From contig OX597822.1 of NCBI GenBank assembly GCA_951406725.2, forward strand, positions 119,102,001 to 119,166,000: a stretch of 64,000 nucleotides of DNA, read 5' to 3'. This document shows, in pieces, positions 28,661 to 41,531 of the stretch (within the stretch, counting starts at the first letter, position 1; each line of letters opens with the position of its first letter). The notes under the pieces were generated by a model, which was not told the DNA's origin, made no database searches, and worked only from the letters and a program-made list of their open reading frames with translations. Origin of the DNA: Octopus vulgaris (taxonomy: Eukaryota). Made by a program: the position numbers and the translations under genes.

Positions 28661-28953
28661 GTGTATATATATGGGTATGTATATATATGTGTATGTGTGT
28701 GTGTATACATGTGTGTATGTGTATGTATGTATGTATATATATGCGTGTGTATGTGTATGTGTATATGTACATATACGCGTACGCTCGTGTGTTTATGTAT
28801 ATGTAGGTACGTAGAGTTATCTATGTGTGTATTTATATGTACATGTGTGTAAGTATGTATATATATATATATATGTGTATATATGTGTATGTGTGTGTGT
28901 GTGTGTATATATATGTATGTATATGTGTATGTGTATGTATGTGTGTATATATG

Positions 28954-29002
<49 letters not shown>

Positions 29003-29406
29003 ATGTGTGTAAGTTTATATGTATGTATCCGTCTATATAATAGGTAACTGCACGTACATATACTTAATATTTATTATTTATTTTTTGAGTATGCATGTAT
29101 GAATAACTGCGCGTATATATATTTTACTATTTACTTATTTTTTGAGTATGCATGTAAGTATGAATATAAGGAGGCGCGTGTGTGTGTGTGTGTATGTGTA
29201 AGCATAGATATATGTATACTTTTACGCATGGGTGTACTTATGTGTATATATGGATGCGCGCGTGTGTGTGTGTGTGTATGGGTACGCATGTACATGTGTA
29301 TGTGCGTGTATGAGTATATGAGTATGTATGTATGTGTGTGCGCATATTTGTATATGTATGTATGTATGTATATGTATGTGTGTGTATGAATGTATATGTA
29401 TATGTG

Positions 29407-29457
<51 letters not shown>

Positions 29458-29684
29458 GTATATATATGCGCGTGTATATATATGTATGTATGTGGGTGTG
29501 TGTATGTGTATAAATGTATGTATGTATGGATGTATGGATGTATGTATGTATGTATACGTATGTATGTGTATGTGTGTATATGTATGTATGTGTGTATGTG
29601 TGTATATATATGTATATGTGTGTGTATGCGTATGTGTGTGTATGTGTATATGTGTATGTATGTATGCGTGTATATATATATATG

Positions 29685-29747
<63 letters not shown>

Positions 29748-30570
29748 ATTTGTATGTAGGTGTATATGTATGTGTGTGTATTTATATTTATTGGTGCATA
29801 TATATAGACTAGCCCTCTAAGAGTGTAGACATGAATCTGTAGGTACGCGTACGTATGTGTATATACGTGAATGTATGTAGATGTATGTATGTATGAATAT
29901 ACCGCGTGCGTGCGTGTATGTGTATGAGTGTACAAATGAGTGAGTGTACGTGCTAAAGAGTGTGCGTGAGTGAATGAGTGCTTGTTTTCCAGTAGACAGA
30001 TAAATGGACTGGCTGTCATAGCCAAGATGTTTGTGACCAAGCGGCCAAAGATAACAAAAGTAATAAACGAAGATAATAAAATTAAAATTAGGGAATGGGT
30101 CTGTATTTGTATGTGTATATATATATGTGTGTATGTGTAGGTATGCATAGGTACACATATGTATATATATGTGTATGTATATGTATATATATATATACAT
30201 GTATGTATATGTATGTGTGTGTGTGTATATGTGTGTGTATGTGTATATAGGGACCAGTGTGCTGTGTGTGCATGTGTGTGTGTGGATATATATATATATA
30301 TGTGTGTGTATGCGTGTATGTGAGTATGTGTGTGTATGTGTATATATATTTTTCTGTGCGTATATGTATGTGTGGTCGTGTGTGTATATATACATGTGTG
30401 TATACGTGTATGCATGTGAGTGTGTGTATGTATACATATATGTGTATGTGTAGATATGTATATGTATGTGTAAGTGTATATATATGTATATATATATATG
30501 TGTGTGCATGTATGTGCGTATGTATATGTATATATGTTTGTATGTGTGTGTATGTATGTATACATGTGTG
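27530..30570. repeat. Compound (TA)n/(TG)n/(TATG)n microsatellite field with small unique islands
   Basis: Direct reading. Confidence 0.9.
28090..28153. promoter_or_regulatory. Candidate regulatory module: X-box-like + CRE + CCAAT
   Basis: GCCATGGTAAC (28093-28103), TGACGTCA (28118-28125), palindrome gctgtgat-gaatt-atcacagc, AGCCAATC (~28147-28154), all in a unique island among microsatellites. Confidence 0.4.
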
Positions 30571-30813
30571 CATAGGTATAAGTGAGAATCTCCTTATTTA
30601 CCTAAAACTCTATCCCCCTTTTTTTATATATAGATTTTTTTATTTTTTTATTTTTTTACTTTTTTATTTATTCTTCTATCTAATTTAACACTGACTCCTT
30701 GACCACTCCCCCAAGTATGATATTTTGCGCTATGCCTACCCCCAAAAAGTCCCCCACCAACACCCCTTTAAACCTGCCTAAATGTATAAATGCCAATACA
30801 ATTCTTGTTAACT

Positions 30814-30864
30814 AGCTTCCTGAAGATTTCTCTTGAATGAAACAGTTCTAGTCCTGTAGAAGCT
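30814..30864 (+). ncRNA. Type I hammerhead ribozyme motif with full three-helix fold
   Basis: agcttc CTGAAGA t-ttc-tctt-gaa-t GAAA cag-ttctagtc-ctg TA gaagct; perfect 6-bp stem I, predicted cleavage after 30858, followed by AATAAA and (TA)n. Confidence 0.85.
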
Positions 30865-30875
30865 CCTTCTATATA

Positions 30876-30914
<39 letters not shown>

Positions 30915-30995
30915 TACATTTATATTTGCATACATTTATGTATATATAAATACATTATATTTGTGTGTGTGTGTGTATGTGTGTGTGTGTGCTTG

Positions 30996-31029
<34 letters not shown>

Positions 31030-31363
31030 TTAACGTCTGCCTTCCATATGTATATACACACATTGCACATTGTATGTACAGGTATGGCTGAGTGGTAAGA
31101 AGTTTGCTTATTAATCACAATGGTCTATATATCTTTTATCTTTTATCTTTTACTTGTTTTAGTAATTAGACTGCAGTCATGGGTGGGGGCCCAGCCCTGA
31201 AGAGCTTTTAGTCAAATGAATTGATGCCAGTGCTTATTTATTTTACCAATCTCTTTTATCAAACTGCTAAGTTACGGCGACACAACCACACCAACACCAG
31301 TTGTCAAGCTGTGGTGCAGATCCAACACAAACACACACACACAAACACACATGTATATGTATA

Positions 31364-31398
<35 letters not shown>

Positions 31399-31756
31399 GT
31401 AAAAGCACCATCCGCTTGTGCCCGTTGCCAGCCTCGCCTGGCCCCCATGCCGGTGGCATGTAAAAGCACCATCCGTTCATGGCCGTTTGCCAGCTCCGTC
31501 TGGCACCTGTGCGGGTGGCACGTAAAAAGCACCCACTACACTCACAGAGTGGTTGGCATTAAGAAGGGCATCCAGCCGTAGAAACACTGCGAGATCAGAC
31601 TGGGCCTGATGCAGCCTTCTGGCTTCACAGACCCCAGTTGAACCGTCCAACCCATGCTAGCATGGAAAGCAGACGCTAAATGATGATGATGATGATGATG
31701 ATATATATATATATATACACACACATACATATATATATATACACACACATACACAC

Positions 31757-31811
<55 letters not shown>

Positions 31812-31919
31812 TTATGTGAGAGGTATTTGAGGACCTATTTGGTAGTTTAATAAAACTAATCTACCAAATACCAAATGTATTTTAATTAGTATTTGTGCAA
31901 ATGCTCTCAATACCCTTTT

Positions 31920-32640
31920 TTTATTCAATGAATTTGCCTCCTTCAGCTTTGATGTATGCTTCAATGCAGGACTGGAATCATTGAAATGCCTACACTAAAT
32001 GGTCCTTATTCTTTCCAGACATCACCTGGACATTGGCAGTCATCACTAAAGCTATGAGATTGTGAAGTTGTCAGTTTGTCTCCATTTTAACCGCATACAT
32101 GTAACAGGTCATGGGATTTAAATCTGGAGAGTTTGGAGATCACAAGTTTGGTGCTACATGAATATTAGAATTATCTGACATCCATTGTGAGAAACTGAGT
32201 TCTGTTGAAACATGTATGGCCTTCCATTGCATGGCCATCTATCCTGGACTTAACAACTGTCTGTTTCGCCTCAACATATCCAGTAGCATTTATTCCGAGA
32301 CCCTGTGAAAAGATGTGAGGTGGCATGACACGAACTTCATTACTCCTTACTCCTACAACCTTCACAGTTACTGGAAACTTAATGCTCATTACTCTGGGAA
32401 CAACAGAAGCATCTGAAAATAACCATCTATAATTTCTCCTGTTAAACTCTTGGTCGTTGTTAAAGTTTTTCTCCTCAGAGAAGAACCAAAACATGTCATA
32501 TTCATGCTGGTTTCTAACTTTGTTATGGAACTACTTGCCATGGTTCAGATGCTTTTCCTGTGTTTTTACAATCAAGAATTGGCTTCTCCCCAGTACATGC
32601 AACTTGTATCAAATGTCTACAATTCCAATAAGCTCCTCAA
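31920..32640 (-). mobile_element. Decayed DD37D/maT-type Tc1/mariner transposase
   Basis: FFSEEKNF..DQEFNRRNYRWL...VPRVMSIKFPVTVKVVGVRSNEVRVMPPHIFSQGL; SPNSPDLNP at ~32112-32140; C-terminus GGKFIE*. Confidence 0.8.
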
Positions 32641-32762
32641 ATATCTAAAGTTCTTTCGTAATAACCATACCCACACGCACACCTTAAGAATGTGACTGCA
32701 TGTGTATTGTTGGCGATTTTTTCCTCCATCTTCCCTTCCTTGGATCTCTCCTTTTTCCTATG

Positions 32763-32795
32763 TTTCTGATGAAGAGCTCTGCTCGAAACGTTAAA
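32763..32795 (+). ncRNA. Minimal (PLE-type) hammerhead motif within a terminal-repeat remnant ~32650-32900
   Basis: ttt CTGATGA a gagc-tct-gctc GAAA C GTT aaa; palindromic loopless stem III (AACGTT); remnant ends in (TA)n. Confidence 0.65.
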
Positions 32796-33669
32796 TCCTC
32801 CTTCTTTCTTTCCTTTCCTGAGCGTCCAATAACACTATACTTATTCCACGTCCTCGCGTTGTTGTGTTTTCTCTTTGTGTTTTCATGTTTGGATTAACTA
32901 TATATATATATATATATATATACACAAAAAGCATATATATATACATAAGGCAGTTGTTTAGCAGAATCATTAGTGCATCATTTTTGCAAAGCAATATAAC
33001 AAGGAAGCATCCGTAGTCACTCAGCCTGCTAGAAATAGTAAGCAATCTCCCTAAAATGACATATAACTATCTTTAAAAAAGCAAAGATACAACGGGCATT
33101 GTAAACCTTGAATATTCAAAAAAGGACAAGAATGTTCACAGCTAGAATTCTTTTGCTCAGAGGCCTGTCCAGTTAAGGTTGACCTGGGGCTATACAGCAA
33201 CAAGAATTTGCTCAAACATTTTATGCTAAATTTCCATATTGATAGAAACATGAAAACTTTGCCAGTGATGGAAATTATCTTTAAAAATCACTGGCACTGC
33301 ACCAAATGACCTTTTGCCCTTTTCTGCGCGGATGATCAGAAGGATGGAGCTATCTGATTTAATGATCTGTTTTTAGGGTTGCTGCAAACAAAACCTGAAG
33401 TCACACCAGAAAATGTTTTCTTGAAATCAATAAAGACAGCATCATCATGAACAACTGTTCCACCAGAACCAACGCTAACATCTCTAAAACCACCACCAAC
33501 CACTCCCCCCCCACCACCACCGCCGCCTTTATCTCGTATTTCCCACGCACAGAGATTGGCTGCAGCCGACATTGCAACCGTTTCCTTTTACTGCCAAATC
33601 TCAATATCGGAAATCCACAAGCCCCGACCAAGAAATGTGTGTCTATCGATGTGGCCTTTATTGTTGCTG

Positions 33670-34160
33670 CATGTGTATGTGTGTGAGTGTGTGAGTGTGT
33701 GTGTATGTGTATGCATGTGTGTGTGTATGTGTATGCATGTGTGTGTATGTGAATGCGTGTGTATGAGTGTCTGTTTATGTGTGTGCATGCATATGTGTGT
33801 GTATGTGAGTGTATGTATTTGTGTGTGAGTGTATGCACACATGTGTGTGTAAGTGTGTGTGAATGTGTGTGTGAGTGTCTGTTTGTGTGTGTGTGTGTGT
33901 GTGTGCATGTGTGTGTGAGTGTCTGTTTGTGTGTGTGCGCGTGCATGCACATGTGTGTGTATGTGTATGCATGTGTGCGTGTGTGTTTGTGTGTGTGTGT
34001 GCATGCGTGTGTGTGAGCGCATGCATATGCGTGTGTGTATGTGAGTGTATGTGTTTGTGTGTGAGTGTATGCACACGTGTGTATGCACATGTGTGTGTGT
34101 CCGTGTGTGTGTGTGTGTGTATTTCTGTGTGCATGTGTGTGCTTACATATGTGCTGTGTG
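33670..34160. repeat. Degenerate (TG)n tract
   Basis: Direct reading. Confidence 0.9.
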
Positions 34161-34270
34161 AGTGCATTTGCTTACTCGACTAACGTCAGCTGTATTTTTC
34201 CTTTTCATCCTATCAAGATGTCTGTGCTGTTTATAAAATGTAAAAATGTAAATTTGGCCACCACTACACA

Positions 34271-34337
<67 letters not shown>

Positions 34338-34454
34338 TGTGCAGCTGTAGGAGTTTCTGTCATCAATAATTCTGGATAAACTACAGGAACATTAACCATG
34401 TCAACCTCTGGAATGCCTGCAACAAACAGGGGCACAGCCCACCCCTCTCCAGAC

Positions 34455-34494
<40 letters not shown>

Positions 34495-34704
34495 CCACTG
34501 CTTCCACCAACACTACCGCCGCCGCCACCACCACCACCACCATCATCAACATCATTTTAACATCTATTTTTTCCATGCTTGGATAGATTCATAAATCTGC
34601 CTCAATAAATTCTATGAATTTATTGAGGCAGATTTTCTCTATTTGGATGCCCTTCCTGTCACAAACTCTTGATTGTCTCCAAGCAAGGTAATTTTCCCCC
34701 ATGA

Positions 34705-36130
34705 TTAAATATGGGCGGACCTCGCGGTGGTGAGATTCGTCTCGATGGTGATTTTCAATCCCATGGAGCCAAGTGTGTTAATTAGATCTTTCCTAAGCCT
34801 GTCTAGGGTGTGCCCGTTTGCTCCTCTAGAGATGGCCAGGGTGTCATCTCTGTAGAGACCAACGAGGACAGAGAGGAACTTTTTCTTAAAGATATCAAGG
34901 ATATACAACCCGATGAGATCGCATACACCAGCACTGTCGCAGGCACCCGTCGCTACGCCAAAGGAGCCTGCAGGGGTCGGGTTGTTTGACCCAGGTCGAA
35001 GCTTAATTGAACAGCAGTGATTTTCTGGCGTGCATAACGTCAGTGAAGCCTAGCAAAGGAAAGTGCCTCGACCAATAACCTTTTTGTGATAGACGGGTAA
35101 AAATCGACGGTCAAACTGGATGAACCTTGCTCTGCCTCTCCCCTTATTGGTATTAAACCATGCAATCACCTTGTTGGTGCTTGGCCATAGGGAAAAGTTG
35201 GTGGTTCTCCTTATGTCGTTATTGATGTTTCTTAGTATATGCTTGCTCGCTAGACCGATCTCAGATTTGGCCGGATTATTCAGGTGGCATTTAGGGTTTG
35301 GGACAAAGTTCGGTTTATGATCTTTGGTGGTAATAAAGATGTTGCTTTTGGCTAAGATCTGTACACTATCAGCTATACCTAGGTCGCTGGCTAATTGTTT
35401 GGCCTCACTGTTGATGTCGTCTGTGTGTTGGGAACCACACCTATAATTCTGTGTAATATTGTTTTCTAGCATCGTATCATAATTAAGGGTGTCTATCCTA
35501 TATAGGTTTTTAAGGACGTATCCTAGCTTTTTTAGCAATCTAATGTCGGCACGGAACTTATGTTGGAAGGAGCAAGAGGACTTACGGAATTTTAGCTTGG
35601 AAATGACGCCCTGTAGTTCCGTTTCGAAGGGCTCGAGGTCCTTGATCTTGGGTGGGTATTTTCTAGATTTGACCCCATAGGTATTGCTCTCCAGGAATAG
35701 CGTGGCTAGGTTGTGGTAGAAGGCTTTCCATCTCCTTCGCCTTATTACGTCCATCATTTTTGTTTCTAGCAGCATTCGAGTGTACAGCTCATTAGATGTG
35801 TAGGTATATTCTTAGTGAAGTACCCAAGGTCAAAACGTTCCATATTCATGAGAGACCAAGTGGTTTCCGTAAATATGTATAAGCGCGGCCTACGGGCCAG
35901 CTATTTGACACAAACCACGTGGTCTTTGTAAAACACTGGCTACGGAGCGAGAAGGTAGAACATAAATCCGAGAAAAGAAGCACACTCTAAGTTATAGAGC
36001 AGTATATAATATAAATAAAGTTAGATAAGCCCGGTTTATGAGATTACCCCAGGTTTCACGTCCATAAAGCACGTAGCTTTACGGCGTATCGTCAAATCCC
36101 AAACGCCAGAAAAACAGTGTCCTTCAATAA
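34705..36130 (-). mobile_element. Penelope-like element 5' half: frameshifted reverse transcriptase and upstream terminal repeat
   Basis: MERFDLGYFTKNIP start (~35843); RRRWKAF, YGVKSRK, ITTKDHKPNF..NPKCHLNNPAKSEIG, VIAWF, FIQFD, and GLYRDDTL catalytic motif in ORF 34705-34908. Confidence 0.88.
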
Positions 36131-36646
36131 AGGTTCGACTTGAGTCAATAAAAATAAGTACCCTTTGGGGGTCAATAAAATAAGTACGAGTTGAACACTG
36201 GGATCAATATAATCAACTTACTGCCTCCCCAAACTTGCTGGCCCTGTGCCAAAATTTGAAAGCAATAATTAATAGGTCCCTAAATAATAATTAGCATACC
36301 CCTCTGCAGGGTTTGAACTCGGAAATTTTATTTAGTAAGCAAAGATTTCAGGACTCTTAACCAGTTATCACAATCCTTTATATTTTTTTCTACACTTCAT
36401 TAGCAAATTTGTCCATTCATCCCTCGTTTCAATTAATTTTGATCATAATGAATAATTTAGTAAAACAATTTTAATACGAAATTTTGATGGAAGGCGTAGG
36501 AGTGGCTGTGTGGTAAGTAGCTTGCTTACCAGCCATATGGTTCTGGGTTCAGTCCCACTGCGTGGCACCTTGAGCAAGTGCCTTCTACTATAGCCTCGGG
36601 CTGATCAAAGCCTTGTGAGTGGATTCGGTAGGCGGAGAAGCCTGTC

Positions 36647-36685
<39 letters not shown>

Positions 36686-37483
36686 TGTGTGTGTGTGTGT
36701 CTGTGTGTTTGTCCCCACAATATCGCTTGACAACCGATGCTGGTGTGTTTACATCCCCATAACTTAGCGGTTCGGCAAAAGAGACCGATACAATAAGTAC
36801 TAGGCTTACAAAGAATAAGTCCTGGGGTCGATTTGCTCGACTAAAAGGCGGTGCTCCAGCATGGCCACAGTCAAATGACTGAAACAAATAAAAGAGTAAA
36901 AGAGTAAAAAAAAGAAGTTTTAAATATAGATCCCTAAAACCATGTTACCATGTTTCTGTTGAAATACGTTACTTTCATCTCAATTATTTTTGAAAATAAT
37001 GAAGAATTTAATAAAATAACTTCACCATTATCAAGATGGCGTTTGGAACATAAATTAGCGCGAAATTTTGACAGATGGTTTGATTCCGATTACTTTGAAA
37101 CAGGATCCAGAGCCAGTCTCAAATGAATTGATATCAACAGGGCACTGGAGGGTTAATTGAAGATTTGATTGCTGTAGTTTTAATTAAATCATAAAAGCTC
37201 TGTTAATGACTTGTAATTATTATGTCATAGGATTCTTTCTTTTGCTCTTCTACTTGTTTCATTTATTTGACTGTGGTCATGCTGGAGCACCACTTTGTAA
37301 GATTTTAGTTGAACAAATCACCCCCAGGACTTACTTCTTAAGCTTATCAGCCGCTTTTGCCGAACCGCTAAGTTATGGGGACGTAAACACACTAACACTG
37401 GTTGTCAAGTGGTGATGGGATACAAACACAAAGATACACACACAGCATACAGACACACATACACACATACATACATACATACA

Positions 37484-37516
<33 letters not shown>

Positions 37517-37898
37517 GACGGGCTTCTTCCAGTTTCTGTCTACCAAATCCATTCACAAGGCTTTGGTCGGCCCGAGGCTATAGCATCCTAGGTGCTACAC
37601 AATGGGACTGAACCTGGAACCATGTGGTTGGTAAGCAAGCTTCTTATTACACAGCCACGCCTGTAGAGCTGCGACAAACAAAAGTTTGTTTCACAAAAGT
37701 ATCCAGTGATTACGGAATTAACATAAAAAGAAACACTACTATCACCAATGAGAGAGCCTCTACGTGGCTGTTGTGTCTGCTAGAAACAATAATCAGATAT
37801 CTCTCATATTTCACCCTGCTATCTTAGAAAAGTAAAAATGCACTGGATGAGGTAAGAAACGTTGCTGGAAATAAAAACGAGATAATCTTAGAGCTCAC

Positions 37899-38460
37899 AA
37901 CAATACTACTGTAACGACAGTGAACATCTTCTCTGCACTTTTCGGGTGCAGTTGGTGCAATCACTTTCCGTTGCTTTTAATAATCCAGATTCTACCAGTC
38001 AGAAACAACAAGACGCAGACGTAAAAAATATATATCTACTTTATTCTCTTATGACAGTAACAAATAAGTGGTGTATCTGGTATCCCTTTGGTATGGATGT
38101 GTCAGAGCTGAACTTTATCGCTGTAGAATTTACAGTGTTCAAATGCAAACGACACTGGTCAAGATGGCGTCCGGAGGGAGAAGATGATGCGGTCTGCAAC
38201 AAATGCTGGTTAAAAGTCTTTTGGTAAAGGCTGCTGCTATGATCAAGTCCGGAGAGAGAAAGAATTACACGTCTGTTGCCTTCAATCACTGTGTCTCAAG
38301 TCACTGCCTACTGGACGCTGGTGGTCAACGTCCTACGCTCCCCTTGCCTCGCGGCTAAACTGCCACGTAGGCAAATGGTCCCTCTTCCGGTGGTGAAAGC
38401 ACCAACTCCGCACGCGCGAAACAGAAAAGGACGGTGCGCGCGCGCACCGTTATATAGGAT
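37899..38460 (-). promoter_or_regulatory. CpG-rich non-repeat island: candidate promoter plus first exon (TATA, 5'UTR, short signal-peptide-like start)
   Basis: CTATATAA (minus, 38450-38457), 20-bp palindrome 38431-38450, ETS-like CCGGAAG, YY1-like AAGATGGCG at 38161. Minus-strand GAAGATG at 37927 encodes MFTVVTVVL followed by possible donor TT|GTGAGC at 37899/37898. Confidence 0.4.
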
Positions 38461-38591
38461 CACTACACTACCATCACGACCATCACCACTCACGACAAAC
38501 ACCAAGCCTCTATATGTTTACTTGATCTGCTATATAAAGCAGCAATATTCTTTCAAATTGCTTCCTACCAAGGAGGACGATGTAATGCTAA

Positions 38592-41205
38592 ATATGAGGC
38601 TGTATTAAAAAGTCCATAGGCTCACTATGAAGGAGTTATGCTTTAATTCCAACCCTTCTTATTATTATTAACTGAATTGTTTCTTTCCAGGCAAACTGAC
38701 ATCTGACTGTTCAATGTTGACTCCAAAACTAATTGGTAGTGACTTCTCTTGGAAATGGACAAAATTTGGCATCATGCTGTATTATAAAGCAATCTTTTGC
38801 CGCTGTGTTATCTGTCTTTGTACGACGGTTGTTGCTCTGACAGATATTGTTATATTCCGAAGTCGTCGATAAAATCTTTCTATCTGGCCCTGTACAACTG
38901 GAGGTCGTATAGTGTTATTACCCTCAAATGGTTGGACCGTTATAACGTCCACTCAGTATCACAGTATAATTACTAGATATGTACAAACACGACTATCAAC
39001 ACAATCTACACGTACTCTCGTATTCTACGCACTCTCTCGATACTGGCCGACGTCACCTTACTTATAGTGACAGACCCATTCTACTCGTCACGTGGGAGGA
39101 GTGTACCATTATTACTAATTCCCTGCAACTTCTCCCCTTTTAAGTTTTTCTTAGTAAGTGTCATTTTATTTAGCATTAATATTTTTATTTACCCCCACCA
39201 CCCCTTTTTTCGTTTTTTTTTCCTACAATTTATTTTTGCGCTTGGCATCTATTTTCAGGAACTCTGTATGTTTTTTCTTCCTCTCACTTGTACGCCTGAG
39301 TTCAATCTCCTGCCGTGGCGTTGGTACTTGGAACGTATCGTACAACCATTCCATCGGTTCCTCCAACTTCTTTGGTTCGCTTTCCACGAATCTCTTTTTC
39401 AGTTGGTTCCTGCATCTCTTTTGTATACCTTTTCTACTTTTTACCCGATACATCATTTTACCAATGCATTTGGTACCTACCTCATCTTCCCCACTCTGCT
39501 TTCCATTCTTGTAAGCCTTCATATACATCTTTTCACCAACTTTAAAGAATCTTGCTATGTCTTCCCTGACACTTTTTTCTTTTCTTGACAGACAGCAATT
39601 TATCAAAAACTGATTTTACTTTCCTTGCAAACAGAAGCTTCGTTGGTGAACAACCTGCAGTTGCATCTGCTGTTGTTCTTCTTCTTTCAACTGTTGGTGT
39701 TGCTGTTTTTGCAACTCAAGCAAACTGGCCAATAAATCTTCTGTAATTTTACAATCTTTCGTAAAATTTACACAACAACTTTGTGTGTTTATTAACACCT
39801 CTACGAGTTTCTATTAACTCCATGTGAATCGGTTAATCCTCGCTGAGTTTATCAATTTCTCGTGAGTTGCTTAAATGCTCTTTGAGTTTCTATTAACACC
39901 ACGGGAATTGGTTTATCCTTGTCGCCACTGTTGTATCTATCTTTGTACGACGGTTGCCCCTCTGACAGATATTGTTATATTCTGAAGCTGTCGATAGGAT
40001 GTTACTATCTGGCACTGTACGACCTCCACTCGTCACGTGGGAGGGGTGTAGCATTATTACTAATTCCCTACAACATGCTTTTCATCCTTTCGTGGTCAAT
40101 AAATTAAGTATCAGTGAAACACTGGGGTCAATGTAATCAACTAGTCCCCTCCCTGCAAATTTCAGGCTTTGTGCCTTTAGTAGAAAGGATTGTTATTATT
40201 ATTACTATTATTGGGTTTAGCCCCCAACAATATTCATGATGATATGGCTGCTACATTCTTGAAGATGACCCAAGATCTGGACGTCCTGCAACTGCCACCA
40301 CCAAGGAAAACATTGATCACGTTCACCACATGCTGATGGATGACAGGCAATTGACTATAAATCAAATGGCCAATGCTATTAGCATATTCTGTGAGAGGGT
40401 TGAAAATATTCTGCATAATAAATTTGGCATGATGAAGGTGTCTGCTCGGTAGGTGTCTCATTTGACAGCCAATCAAAAGTGCACCAGGTTGAACACATCA
40501 CTGCAAAATCTGACATTCTTTCAAGCAGATCCAGCTGGGTTCCTTGAACGTTTCCTTAACCAGGATGAGTGTTGGCTTCACCACTTTGAGACAGAGACAA
40601 AGAGACAATTCACGGTGGAAACACCCCTCTTCGCCTACTCTAGAGAAGTCCAAGGTCATTTAATTTGCAAGGAAGACGATAGCCTCAGTTATTTTGAAGA
40701 TGAAAATGGTATTGCATTTAATATAACTATCTTTAAAAGGGCTACATCATCAATGGAGAGAACTATGCCAGCTTGCTGAGGCAGTTATCAAAGGCTATCA
40801 AGACCAAATGTCCAGGGTTTTGTTTCATTAGGATAATGTTCCAGCACTCAAGTCTTTGCTTTCAAAGATTGCTGTGCATGCCTGGTGTTTTGAACTGGTT
40901 GAGCACCCTCCCTATTCTCCTGGTTTGGCCCCATCTCACTATCTTCTGTTCCCCAACATGGAAAAACACTTGACCGAGAAACAGTATCACAGTGATGATG
41001 ATGATGATGATGCCATATCTGCTGTTGATGACATTTTTAACCAACAGGATGAAAGCTTCTTCACAAATGGGAGCCAAGCACTGCAAGACTGACAGAAGAA
41101 ATGTGTGGAATGTAAGGAGTATTACATTGAAAAATAAACCTCATTTGATCCCATTCGATGAAAGTATTTTGGTCAGCCTACAAACTTTTCAGTTGTCTCT
41201 TATAT
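38592..41205 (+). mobile_element. Decayed mariner (DD34D-type) element interrupted by an LTR element and a SINE fragment
   Basis: Imperfect TIRs (tatgaggctgtattaaaaagtccataggct / agcctacaaacttttcagttgtctcttata); EDDPRSGRP, KVSAR*V, DECWLHHF, HPPYSPGLAPSHYLLFPNM. Confidence 0.8.
38804..40075 (-). mobile_element. Small non-autonomous Gypsy-type LTR element
   Basis: LTRs 38804-39130 and 39929-40075 (TGTTG...CAACA, internally deleted); PBS TGGCGACAAGGATAAAC (minus, 39911-39927); PPT aaaggggagaa (39130-39140); gag-like Q-rich start and pol C-terminal remnant FKVGEKMYM...YRVK...RCRNQLKKR. Confidence 0.8.
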
Positions 41206-41498
41206 AAAGATGGGATGATTGAAGCTAGAATAGTCTCAGAACTTTGATCAATCAAGGCTCACTTAAGTCTAAACAAGAGCAGCAACATCAAGAGTCAAGT
41301 TCCCTAAAAGAAATCTTTATGGCATTTTTTGCCATCAACCAGATGTCTGCACATTCTGAGTTCAAATTCCACTGAGGTTGACTTTGCTTTTCATCCTTTC
41401 AGGGTCAATAAATTAAGTACCAGTGAAACACTGGGTCAATGTAATCAACTAGTCCCCTCCCTGAAAATTTCAGGCCTTGTGCCTTTAGTAGAAAGGAT

Positions 41499-41531
<33 letters not shown>

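Noticed and set aside
38320-38385. HDV-like ribozyme or iron-responsive element in the CpG island
   Set aside because: Could not build P1/P2 pairings for an HDV fold; the CAGTG motifs lack the 5-bp upper stem of an IRE.
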